Part shown: in pieces, positions 14,953 to 26,900 of the stretch
Numbering within the stretch: the first letter of the stretch is position 1
How the letters are laid out: each line of letters starts with the position of its first letter
NCBI RefSeq assembly: GCF_009834535.1
Contig: NC_045697.1
Span: forward strand, 49,416,001-49,480,000
Source of the DNA: Camelus ferus
Taxonomy: Eukaryota
Direction: 5' to 3'
DNA length: 64,000 nt
The notes under the pieces: model-generated
Databases searched by the model: none
The model's input: only the letters and a program-made list of their open reading frames with translations
What the model was told of the DNA's origin: nothing
Program-made: the position numbers and the translations under genes

Positions 14953-17900
14953 ACACACTGCACTTCTGACCTATTGTCTTGTTTAATCCTGAGAAATCTA
15001 TGGCCACTATTGTTTTTAGTGCTAAAGAGAGAGTGGCCAGAACTTAAAACTGGCATTGGAATTACAAGATCAGTGTCCTTTGCACACACCAAATGACAAC
15101 ACCACGGCTTTGGATAAAGCAGCTATTTTGGTGAGCATGTCATAACCTCAGCCTGGCTAGAAAGTAATTACGAGACCAATAGAAAATATTTCCATCTCTT
15201 AACTGACATTTCATGTTTGGAAGAGAGACAGCACAGAACTGGCTTTTAGACCTGATGTGACTGTCAGATGCTCATTGGCTTGACTTGATTTCCTGTTCCC
15301 TTTCTTCTGCTGCCTCTTCTTGGACCTGTCTCCTTGTTGGGAAGAATGGTCTCCCATCACCAGAGCGGGCCTATGTGTTCAACGGCGACTTTGTGGATCG
15401 AGGGAAGGATTCCATAGAGATCCTGATGATTCTCTTTGCCTTCATGTTGGTTTACCCAAAAGAATTCCATCTTAACCGAGGAAACCATGAGGACCATATG
15501 GTGAACTTACGGTACAAAGCCAAACAGGCTTGGGGATTTACTTTTTGTGATTGTGAATAGGTATTTTACCAGAGCTTATTTGGTAGATGCCTTTTTAAAG
15601 CAGTCTTCCAATTTTATAAAGTGGAATGCACAATATATACCATTTTGAAAGATTTTTTTAATTTACACTTTATCCTACTATTTTAATGATTAAATTTGTT
15701 TTCACATATCCATATACTTTATCATGTAAACAATAATATAGAACACTATGGAAAAAGTAGAAAATACAGATAAGCAAAAGAAAATTAAAATATCCCATAA
15801 CTTCTCTACACAGAGATAATGTTACAGCTGTAAACATTTTGGCAACTATTTCTCAGTCTCTTTTCTATATGTGTGAGTAGATGCATATTGAACATACATT
15901 TTTTATAAAAGTGCAATTGTGCTGTAACTATTGTCACAAAATATCTATTTTTCCTTCTAACTGTAGATACGGCTTCACCAAGGAAGTGATGCAAAAATAT
16001 AAGGTACATTGCCTTTAAAAGCAAAAGTTTCTTAGTTCAGATAAGTTGAGTGAATTATTTGACACTTAATAATACCTTGTTGATATCATTTTTCAGATAC
16101 ATGGCAAGAAAATACTTAAAATACTACAAGATGTGTTCTGTTTGCTTCCGCTGGCCACTCTGGTTGATGAGAAAGTCCTGATTCTTCATGGTGGCGTGTC
16201 AGACACTACTGACTTGGAGCTCTTGGCCAAACTAGACAGGCACAAGGTACTGACTGAGTGCTGAAATAGTGCAGATTTCACCATAATGCCCAGCATCACT
16301 GCCAATATAAAATAAATGTCATCCTGACTCCATGGTGACTCCAGTTGACCAATAAGGGATGTTAAGAGAATCCGTTAAATCATTGAAAGGAGAAAGCTTG
16401 GGACTCTACAGCTGGAGCAAGTGCGCTGTGATCAGTTAGTGTTTGCCATGGACATGACAGTGGGGAGTGGCAGCTAGTGCCATCTGTTGGCCATCCTTGA
16501 TATGGGCAGTTCTGATCACTGCCACCTGACGTGCCTCCAGTTCCTAAATAATTCACATCTTCAATTAAACTCAAATGTGTATTGAGTTTATCTGCCTCAT
16601 GCATGGAGGATGCTATTGGCAGATACAAAGATGAGATCACCTGCAGTTAAACTCAACAACTATGTTTTAAGTGCTTACCAGGTGCAAGGGAAGTGCTAGC
16701 CAAGATACAAAAATACCCAGAGATGGTGCTTGCCCTAAACAAACGTGCAATAACCAGCAAGGGGCAGGGGAGAGTGAAAGCCAGAATATGTGGTAGCCCC
16801 ATACTGATAGGTCTCTACTAAGAGGTCTCTATTTTCTGTCTCATTTTGGAGGTGGGAAACTAGAAAGCAAAGATTTCTATTTTCTTTTCATCACAGGCTC
16901 TCACACTTGAATGGTATCTTACAGCCTCTCTCCTCTAACTGCCCATCCGCACAGGAATCCCAGCAGTTAGCCTGAGCAATTCCAAAGACAGAACTCATTA
17001 CACAAGCCAGGCTACTTTGGGCAACTCTAATTGACATAAAATTCTAAGCTATCTGAGACATAAATGAGAGTATGGCTTTAGAGTCTAACAGACCTGGGTT
17101 TGAATCTTGGAACATGTACTTCTTGGAACATGTTGTCCAGGGCCAAGGCTCCTTAAGTCTTGTTACTCTGCCATCCTTAGGGTGCCTGTCATTCCCATGC
17201 CCTCATCTGCACAGCTCAAAGTGGCTTGCCACCACATCTGTGTTTCAAGCAATATGACAGAGGAAGGGAAGGGAGACTATTCCTGCCCTTTAAAGACACA
17301 ATGAAGAAGCTGCATGCTTCTCTTCTGCTCTCGTCCCGCTGGTCAGACTGTAGTCCATTCCTGTAGACAGGACGTGGTGGTTCTTAACTCACGTGTGATG
17401 GATCCATGGCTTAATTCCCTTCAGCTTCACCAAGGAATGAGTCATGTGTAGCATCTCATGAGGTCTGGCTCAGTGAGGATGCAGCTGGTCTTCTAGATGT
17501 TTATTCTTCCAAGATTTCCACAGGACTTGGTCTCTAGGACAGAAGTGGTGCAGGGAACATCTGTGGGAAACATTAACTTGCTAGAAGCAAACTGATGTAT
17601 AGCAGAGTGGCTTCTAGTGATTCTACATACCTGACAGTATCTAAGTTCCTTAATTTGAGTTCCTTCTGGATCTCAAACCATGTCTGGAACATAGGAAGTC
17701 TCTCTCACACAATGTTTCATAGGGGCGCAATTGGAGTTTGCTTTTAGGGGCTACCTTCACTTAAAGCCAGGCAACTGATGAGGCTTCATCCCAGGTTAAG
17801 TTAATCTCCTGACAAATTTTAGCTAGAGTCTTTTTGAGAGTAAAATTCATCTTTTCCATCTTGCCAGTAGATTGGGGTCGCCAAGAAGCTTGTCATTTCC

Positions 17901-20900
17901 AAGGAAGGTTTAAGGCTCCAGATACTTCTTCAGTTATTCCTGCTATAAAGTCCCCTCCACTGACACTCCAAATGGACATAGGTAGCCCACACTTAGGAAT
18001 TATTTCTTTTAGTAGGACTCAAACAATGTCAGAAGCATTTTCACTGGCAAGGAAATGCTTCTACCCAACTGGTAGAAGTGTCCACAAGTACTACCAAGTA
18101 CCTAAGGTTTCCAGTGGCTCTGCTGGTTAACGGCAGTGGCCCAGTTTTAGGATTACTTTTAGCACAGATCGTGCATTTCTGTGTCACCATTTGAATTGTC
18201 CTTTGCATGTTTGATCCTATAATGAATGTCTGAATCCACTGGAGGGTGGCGTCTCTCCCATCATGGGTACTCTGGTGTATATAACTTATAACCTCTTCCA
18301 TCAGGTGTTCAGATCCAAGGACCTTGCCTTGTCTATTATAAACCCACCATTCTTATACTCAGCATCCTGAGAATGGCCAGGACCCCAGTCAGATCCCCAC
18401 TCATTGGCCCTTTCCAAGCCTGCAGGAGAATACATTGGATAGCATATTGTCAGATCCACATTGGGGATCGGGGCCAATATTGCGAATCTAGGTGTTTTAG
18501 TCCTGGCTGCTAGCTTTGCTACTTGACCCACTAGATTATTCCCTTGAGCAGTCAGACAGTCTGATCTCTGATGTCCTGGACAGTAGACAAGAGCTAATTC
18601 TTTTGACTCCATGACAGCTTCTAATAAGGTTAAAACTTCCTTGGCATGTTTAATTCCCTTCTTCCCTGTAGTAACAGTCCTGTCTGTCTCCAAATGGCCT
18701 CATGGGCATGGACACCAAGAAAGCATATTTTATAATCAGTGAAAATAGTTACTCTCTTATCCTTACCGAGAGAGATGGAGGGCTCTCATCAGGGGTGTAG
18801 GTTCTGCCTTTTGCGCGGAGGTACCTGAGAGAAGGGCTTCTGCTTCCAGTATCTTTTCATGAGTCAACCCACACCTGGCTCTGCATTGTTCCTGGTCTGT
18901 GAAGCTCCTCCCATCTGTGAACATCTCAACGTGTTGGCTCTCCAATGGCTGGTCCAGCAGGTTGAGACCACTGGAACAGACCTGTTCAATTAGCTGAACA
19001 TCCGTTATGCACAGAGTCTTCAGTATTCAGAGCAAAGTGGCAGGATTCATGGTGGAGACTGCTTTCAGAGTAACAGTAGGATTATCCAATAATAATAGTC
19101 TGATATTTTCTTAATCTTCCTGAAGCTAACCAGTGTCCTCCCTTCTGTTCTACGAGGAGAGGTAGACAGTGTGGTAGGCTGTCCTAGTGTAAATTTCTCT
19201 GCTTGTAAAATATCACAGGTAGCTGCCATCGCTCGAAGGCAAACTGCCCATTCCTTAGTGACAGTATCTAATTGCTTTGAGAAATATGCAGCAGGCATCC
19301 TTATGCTGCCCAGGTTCCATCAGGACTCCAAGGCTGATTCGTTATCTCTCATGAACAAGTAAGTCCAGGGGCTTTGTGGTATTTGAAGACCTACAGCAGA
19401 GGCAGTTAGCAGTTTTTCTTTGATAGCCAGGAGTGCCTTATGGCATTCCCCAGTCCAATCTAAAGGTTTACTGTCTCTTCCTTTAAGAGCTTCCTAAAAG
19501 GGTTTTGCTATGAGTCCAAAGTTGGGGATCCAAATGCAGCAGAATCCAGTTTTTCCCAGGAATCCCTGCAGTTGCCACTTAGCAGTGGGAACTGTGGCCC
19601 TGGCTAGAGATTCTCTCTGGCAGGGAGCAAGTCTCTCTGTCCTTGTGAGAGTTCAAAACTCAAACACTTAACAGAGGACTAAGAAACTTGTGCCTTCTTC
19701 TTGGACACCTTACAGCCTCATTCAACCAAAAGAGTTCAAAGTCAAAACCATATTTTGGTCGGCAGTGTCTTTGGTCTTACAAACAATCAGAATATCATCC
19801 ACATACTGGATCAGGGCTCCCTCATTTAGTTAAGTGTCCCTCAAAGCTTTTGCCAGAATTTCTCCAAATATTGTGGGGAAATTTTTAAATCCCCAAGGAA
19901 GTACTGCCCAGCAGTGCTTTCACTTTTGTATCTAGATATTCCCATTTGAAAGCAAACAATTCTTGGGATTCAAAACCCAAGCAGATACCAAAACAGGCAT
20001 CCTTTAACTCCAGCATGGTAAACCAACAAAAGTCTCAGGACAAGCAGTGAGCAGAGTGGATGGGTTAGGGACTACTCAATCAATATCTTCTACAATTTGA
20101 TATCTTACAATTTCTTAAGTCATGAACAAACTGATAATCATCTGTGCCTGGTTTCTGGACTCGTAAAACTGGAGCATTGTAAGGTGACTGGCAGGGGCGT
20201 ATTAAATCATATTTGAGGAAGGTGTTTAGCAGCGGTTGAACTCCATGCTTTGCCTATTCCTTCAACAGGTACTGCTTTAAATTTGGATTTTTGCCCCAGG
20301 GCAAATCCTAACCTGTATGGGTTTAGCCATCTTGGCTCTCCCCAGCCTCCCATACGCCCAAACCTCCAGACTCACCTTCTGCAGTATTTCATCCAGAATG
20401 GTTGCCGGTGTTCTCTTTGGGTTGGCTCAATAGAGCCTGCAATGTGCATGCCTTCTCTGGTGGTACTTTAACGTCTATTCATCCAGGTACAAAGGTAACC
20501 TTGGCATTAAATTTACTTAGTAAATCTCGTCCCAGAAGGGGAATGGGAAAAGCTACCCTTCAAATGGGTTTTTCCCAACGGATGGTCTAGCAGCAGAAGT
20601 CTTTTTCAAGGTTTCCCAGATACCCCAGTTACTAACATAGTCTCAGAAGAAAGTTCAGAAAGCCAGGTATTTAAAACTAAGTGGCCCCATATGGATCAGA
20701 AAATCCAAAAGTTGACTTCCCACTGTCGTAGTTACCCAGGGGTCTGCAGGGGAGATGCTGATGGGCTCGCTGGGATTGAAAGGAACCCCTGGGACCCGTC
20801 ATTCTTGATCACTGCCATTCTCAGCTTGGGCACCTGGCATGCCACCTGTTGTTTACCTTTTCTGAGAGTTCTGTTTAGGATGGGACTCTCTTTTCTGCTG

Positions 20901-23900
20901 TCGCTCCTGTTTACAGTATACACACTGGTGGGTCTCACTATCAGGTGCCACACTTGAGTGGAAGCTTGGGGCTTCCTAACTTTTGCTGAGTCCCTCATGG
21001 GGCTCCTCCCTGTGTTAAGGCAGCCACAAGCAGAGTGGCCTGTTTCCTTCTTCACTGTTCCCTTTTCTCCTGAACCTGGTCTCTGCCATTAAAAACTTTA
21101 ATGGCATTTCATCCAGTTGAGACATAGGCATCCTTACAGCCCTTTCCACCTTTTTCAGTTTCTTCTGTGTATGGGGGCGGGGGGTGCGCTGACCAGTAAG
21201 TGACATATTAACCATGTTTAAATTCTCTGGGGCCTCAGGCTCTGTAACTGTATACTGCCTTTAGGCTTTAAAGACCTTTCTAGAAATTCTGAAGGATCCT
21301 CATTCAGTTTCTGTTTTACCTCCTGTACTTTATTAAAGGCTTGTTTTGTCCCCTTCTTTTCAATCTAGCAAGAAGGCAATCTCGATAATGTTCAAGTTTT
21401 GACCTATCCTCAGCATCCACATCCCAGTTAGTATCTGCTGTTAGTCCAGCTATGCTTGCTGCAGCCCACACTGGGTGGCCAGGGAGGGGTTTCTGTATGA
21501 AGCCGATCTATCTCCTCCCCAGCTTCATCCAGCATCATTCTACATTCTTCTGAAGTGAGGAGGGTGTTTAATACATTTACCCAGGTTGCAAAACATCGAT
21601 TAAAAACATCTGCTCAGGCTGGGTTATAGGTTGCAAAAGTCAATGAAAAAAAGATTTTCCATTCTCTTTGGATCATCTCTGTAGGTTCGTGTTTTGTTCT
21701 TCCAATTAAATAAATGCGAAGTAGGAAAAGGAGAGTGGAACCAGGTCAATCCCATTGGCTGCCCAACTCAGAATTCACACCCTCAGTGGGAACTTACCTG
21801 AACAGATATTGCCCCTTATGAGTTTGGGTAGATCCTTGGCCAAATCGAGTACCCTGCTGGGTATGTTGGAGACCATCCCTATTTCTGGATCCTTAGAGAT
21901 CAAGGTGAGGGGCCCAAGCCTGAGGCTCACGTGCTGGCAATGGAAGAGCAACACCGTCCCGTAAGGGGGAGGAGGAGCAGTTGGGGTGTCTGACCGAACT
22001 AACAGCAAGGCATCCTCCTTTTCATTAAAATCAAGCAAAACAGGTTTCTTTGCCTTCCCTTCCTATTGGATCATAATCTTACATTTTCTTTGCACAGGTT
22101 TATACTGATACAATAATAAAAGACTGTACGTAAGGTATTTCATCCCATTTTTCTTCCCATTTACAAAATAAATATAGCTGCAAAAATCTAAAGGATATTG
22201 TGGCCATGCAGTGCTGCCAAAAAAGATCTCTTCTCCATGGATTCATAACTGAAAGTCTTCTCAGTTTTGGAAATGCAGCCAGAGGGCTACAAACGGGGAC
22301 GGAATTAACATTTGCCATTTCGAACGGGCTTTGCTTCCAGTGGTCACCGCAACAGAACCTTCGCGAGGGTCCTTGCTGCAGTCGCCGGGAGGCCGAGTCC
22401 CCAACTGCCAGTTCTTAACTATTAAGGCGGAGTAGACAGAAAGTCCTTTCAGGACTGCCAAATGGTCTAGGCACAGGGGTGTTGCTTTAACAAGGTTTCT
22501 CACCCAAAAGACATATTGCAACCCCAAAGCTGTCTCTTCGCTGCAGAATGAAACTAAGCACTGAAAGTCGGCGGCATCTTGCAGGGAAGTCCAGGGGAAC
22601 GGTCCCTGTGATAGAGGGACCAGGCAGCTGCTTGGACTTGTCCACAGGCTCTCAATACCAGCAAGGGGCCGAGAACCTGGGGCAAAAGCTTCACCTGGAC
22701 TTCCCTCCTGGCTGGCAGATTTGTTACTGAACCAGGTTCCATTTGCCTGATGCATAGCAAGCTATGAGGCTGAGACACCAAGGTCTGCAGCAAAGAGAGG
22801 GACAGAGAACAAATCTCAGCTCAGCCTCCCCGAAGGCAAGGGGCTTAGGGTATTTATGGGGTAACAAAGAAGCAGGGCGGTCTGAGGCGTGGGGAGCGTG
22901 GGGAAAGGTGATTGGAAAAAGGTGCAGTAATCGTGGTTTTGCGCAGGCGTAACTAGGCTACAGGCACGTTCAGAAGGTCGCCAAGTGGATGCGCACATAC
23001 TCAGTTGGAGGGTGGGTGGTCCCATTCACTCTTAACTAGTTCAGCTCAGACGAGATGCAGCTGACTCCAAGTTCCTGAAAAACAGCTCAGGCAAACATAT
23101 TGTTTAGGCTCCGTGCTGCTTGGAGGACATGCAAGTCTGCAGCAACAATTAAAATGACCTTGATTAGTGAAGGCAGGTTACAGGTGAAATGGATTTCACT
23201 AATGTCACCCACAGTTTCAGAAACTCAGAGAAGCAGGGGCTGCGTAGTCAGGTATCCAGATTCCGTCCTGGTGCAGTCTTAGTATCTCTGTGCCTCAGTT
23301 TTCCTACCTGTATTATAGGTGAGGATGCTGCCTCCTAGGGGTGTGAGGGCTGGGCAGTTAATTCATGTGAAGCTATAAATGAAGATGCCATCTCACAGGG
23401 GTGTGAGGGCTAATCAACGAATTCATATAAAGGGCCCAGACGGCACCTTTTTGGAAAAGGCTCAATACATATTAACACCATTATTCTCTATACATATCAA
23501 CACAATTCTCCTAAAGAACCAAAGTCAGGGATGCCTCTTGAGGCAGGTACATCCTTAAAATGAAGTTACCTGGTGGGGTGAGACCGATGGACTGGCCCCT
23601 GCTGTGACTTAGCAACGAGGAGAGAAGGAGGTGGTTGAGTCCGTTCACATCTTGAGGACTTTCACACTCTGTGCGCAGAGCTGAACTGCCTAGGAAGTAA
23701 TTAGTACTTGTCCAACGTCAGAGAATAACCTCTGTTCTATTCTCTTCCATCTGGAACCCTCTTCAAACATCAGTAAGGCACTGCTGAGCCACTCTGAGTG
23801 TCCGTCTTTGTTCCTGCCCGTAGGCAGTCCACACTGGGACGTGGCTTTCTTGTACCACCGTCCTTGGATCTATTTGCAGAAAGTTCTCACCCCTTGATTA

Positions 23901-26900
23901 CGTACTTGCACAGAGTTCCCTTTGTGAATCAGACCTTTACCTTGATATCCCTGTGGATCCTGTGGCCCTCAGGCACGCTGGGACGGCTGCTCTCTCCTTT
24001 TGCTGGATGCCACAGCTCTGCTCTGTGACCTGACCCTCTCCTGCTGTCAAAATTCTTTCCATTTGTGTCTCCATTCTCTGTCTAGTCCCACTACCATGAT
24101 TCTGAGTCAGAGAGAGGGACCACATTCAGTCCCTTTGGCAAGAAGAGTATCTTCCAAGTTAGGGCCAGGCTTCCTCCGCAGGTAAGATAGCACCTCCTGT
24201 AAACTGCCATTAAGTGCTGCCTATCCCCCAGCAAGCATCAAATTTTTCCCATCCCAACATTTCTCAACCACAAGCTGCATTTCTTTGCTTTGCTTTCATA
24301 CCTGTGGAACAACAGGAAAGTCAATACGGGCTCTCCTTGATGAGACAGGTGCCCCTTCTCACCCTTATCTAAAAATCACTAGGTTCCTAGAAACAATGAC
24401 CTAGGTTAGCATTTCTCCAATTATCTGTGGTAGAAGATCAGGTTTCATAAATTTCTAATTTGTCACAGATCAATGCTTTTGTAAAATACAATAAAAGTGA
24501 GCTACTAGAAAAATGAAATACAAACGAAAAATATAAGCCCACTGACCTTGCGCTTGAATGTCGGCAATATCAAATTGCTACAAAAGCTTCCAAAGGCTTA
24601 CACCCAGTTCTGTGCTGCCCTTGCCATGGGCCCGGACAAACCATGGAGCCCAGAGTGAGGAGCGCTGACTTGATGCCAAAATGCTGCTCAGAAAGGAGCA
24701 ACGGTTTTATTCCAACATCTGTATCTCTTCTGGACATTTTCAGATCGTTTCCACCTTGAGATGCAAAACGAGAAAGGAGAATAAGAAACCGGCGGAGGAG
24801 AAGGGGAAAAACAACCAGATGAGCTCTGCCGGGAGACCCTCCCCGTGGTTTCTCCCCCAAAGTCGCTCTCTCCCCTCCTCGCCTCTCCACCCCAGCGCCC
24901 ACAAGGCCGCCAGAGCTGGGCGCTCCTCCAGCGTCCCCTGCAGCGTCGCCCCGGACCCCAAGGAGCTCTCCCGGCAGGTGCGGCGCTCCGTGGACCTGGA
25001 GCTGGAGAGGTGCCGGCAGCAAGCGGGCTTCCCAGCGATCGAGGAGAAGGAGGAGCCCGTGCCCTCGGCATCGGAAGCGGAGGAGCAGCTGGAGCCCACG
25101 CAGGAGGAGTGGAGGCAGGTGCGTGCGGCCAGGCGCTGCTCCCGGCAATTCGGCCGCCGTCGGGAGGGACCAAGGATTTCCAAAAGCGAACAATTTCCTC
25201 CTTGCATGTAAATTCAGTGTTTTCTTCCCCGCCCCTCTTTCTCTCTTTCCCTCAGGTTAGAACACCCCAGAAGGAAACTGGTCTTTGCCTAATGACTCAT
25301 AGACTTTAGAGTTTTATAAAGGATGGGAAGATGAAGCAGGTGGGCTCTATTGCCTGAGTAGACTTGGTTTAGTGAGCTAGCATTATTGGGTAAGAAGGTA
25401 AGCCACCCTTTATTGGATGCTAATATATATATATTTCTGCTAATATATATAATATATATTTGACATATATATGTCAGAAAGATGGCCACTGTGGCTCAAG
25501 GTCAAAAGGGCTTCAGCAGATTCTATTCTGTTTTCAGGCAACTAAAGGCTTTCCCAAAATCTTCGGAGCTGCATCACATGGCACCCCCTAGCTGCAAGGG
25601 AGAGTGGGAAAGCAAGTATTTAGCCAGGCACACTGCCATGCCAAATACCCCAGTAAGTGTTCTGTTAGCAAGGAAGAGAAAGAAGAATGGATATTCAGTA
25701 GGCACGCACAGTACTGGCCCAAATCGATGACTCTGGCGGCCAAATGGAGGGCACATTTCACTGGGGCAAGACTGGCAGGGAGACTGCTGTGGTCCAGATG
25801 GGAGATGATGCCGGTGATCTTGTGTAGTAGTGTTAACAAAACTACGTGAACTTGGTGGTGGTGTTCAACCACTTTGACCTATAAAAATGGCAACTAAAGC
25901 TTCATTCAATAAAGAGAAGAGAGTTCAGAATTATTTAAGAGCTAAAATTAGCAGAACTCACTGATTGGATGGGGAGGGTGGTGAGGAAGGACGAGTCACA
26001 GCTGACTGAGGGTAGAAACCTCCGTCAAGAGAGATGGTGAGTTAGGTTACATGCTCCCTGAATTATCCATCTGGACTTCAACATCAACTGAGAATTGAAA
26101 TTTTACAATGCAAGTCTCTCCTTTTGCAAACTATGACTCAATAATAATGTGCTGGTATTTATAAATCAAATGTAGTTGTTTTCTTAAACAAATACATCCA
26201 ATTATTTTATGTGTGTTGAACAAGACTGGCTGTCAGTGTTGTAACAATAGGGTAGAATCTGCTTTGCTAGGAAAATGGCTCAGCTCTTCTGCAAATTCTT
26301 TAAAATTTTTGGAAATTATTTTAAGAAATAAAATACTCAGATGCACTTTCCCAGGACCACATCTGGGACCTTGTGATGCTGCATGAGAGACTGTTTTGCC
26401 AGCCCCAGGACTTCTGCCTTCTCTTTGGGGCAAATGTCCAGGAGCCTGGAGCACAGGCTGACTGAAGGTTACTGGCTGTGATCAAAGCTTCTACCAGAGC
26501 TGCTCCCTTTTTGTCTGTTTTATGTGTTGAGCCTTCACAAATGATTTATTTTCAAGGCAGTGGCACATATTTGTCAAACAATGTGCACAGACACTCACTT
26601 TGTAATAAAAGAGCCTAGAACCTCAGGGTTCCAAAATATAAATGTATGTCAAATATTGATGGCATGGAAAGTTATTCACTTATTTTTATTCAAATAGTTT
26701 CCTCTTCTCCTCTTTTTCCTCTTTCCATAAGAGTCACTCTGACTGTCTGTCTAGTTTCTAGGAAGGAACCCTGTCTTGGTCTCTACAGGTGGTGGATATA
26801 CTGTGGAGTGACCCCATGGCTCAGGAGGGCTGCAAAGCCAACACTGTCCGAGGGGGAGGCTGTTATTTTGGGCCTAACGTGACAGAACGGCTGCTACAGA

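Noticed and set aside
18041..19298. Intact domesticated retroviral gene
   Set aside because: pol is broken by many stops and frameshifts, the protease active site is degenerate, and there is no env ORF.
23320..23435. Two ~60-bp imperfect direct repeats containing GGGGTGTGAGGGCT
   Set aside because: Local duplication of a MIR-like tail; only two units with no spacer array, so not CRISPR or a functional repeat.
24570..25309. Several overlapping long ORFs (154-207 aa) on both strands
   Set aside because: These are by-products of the GC-rich PPEF2 exon, which is poor in stop codons.
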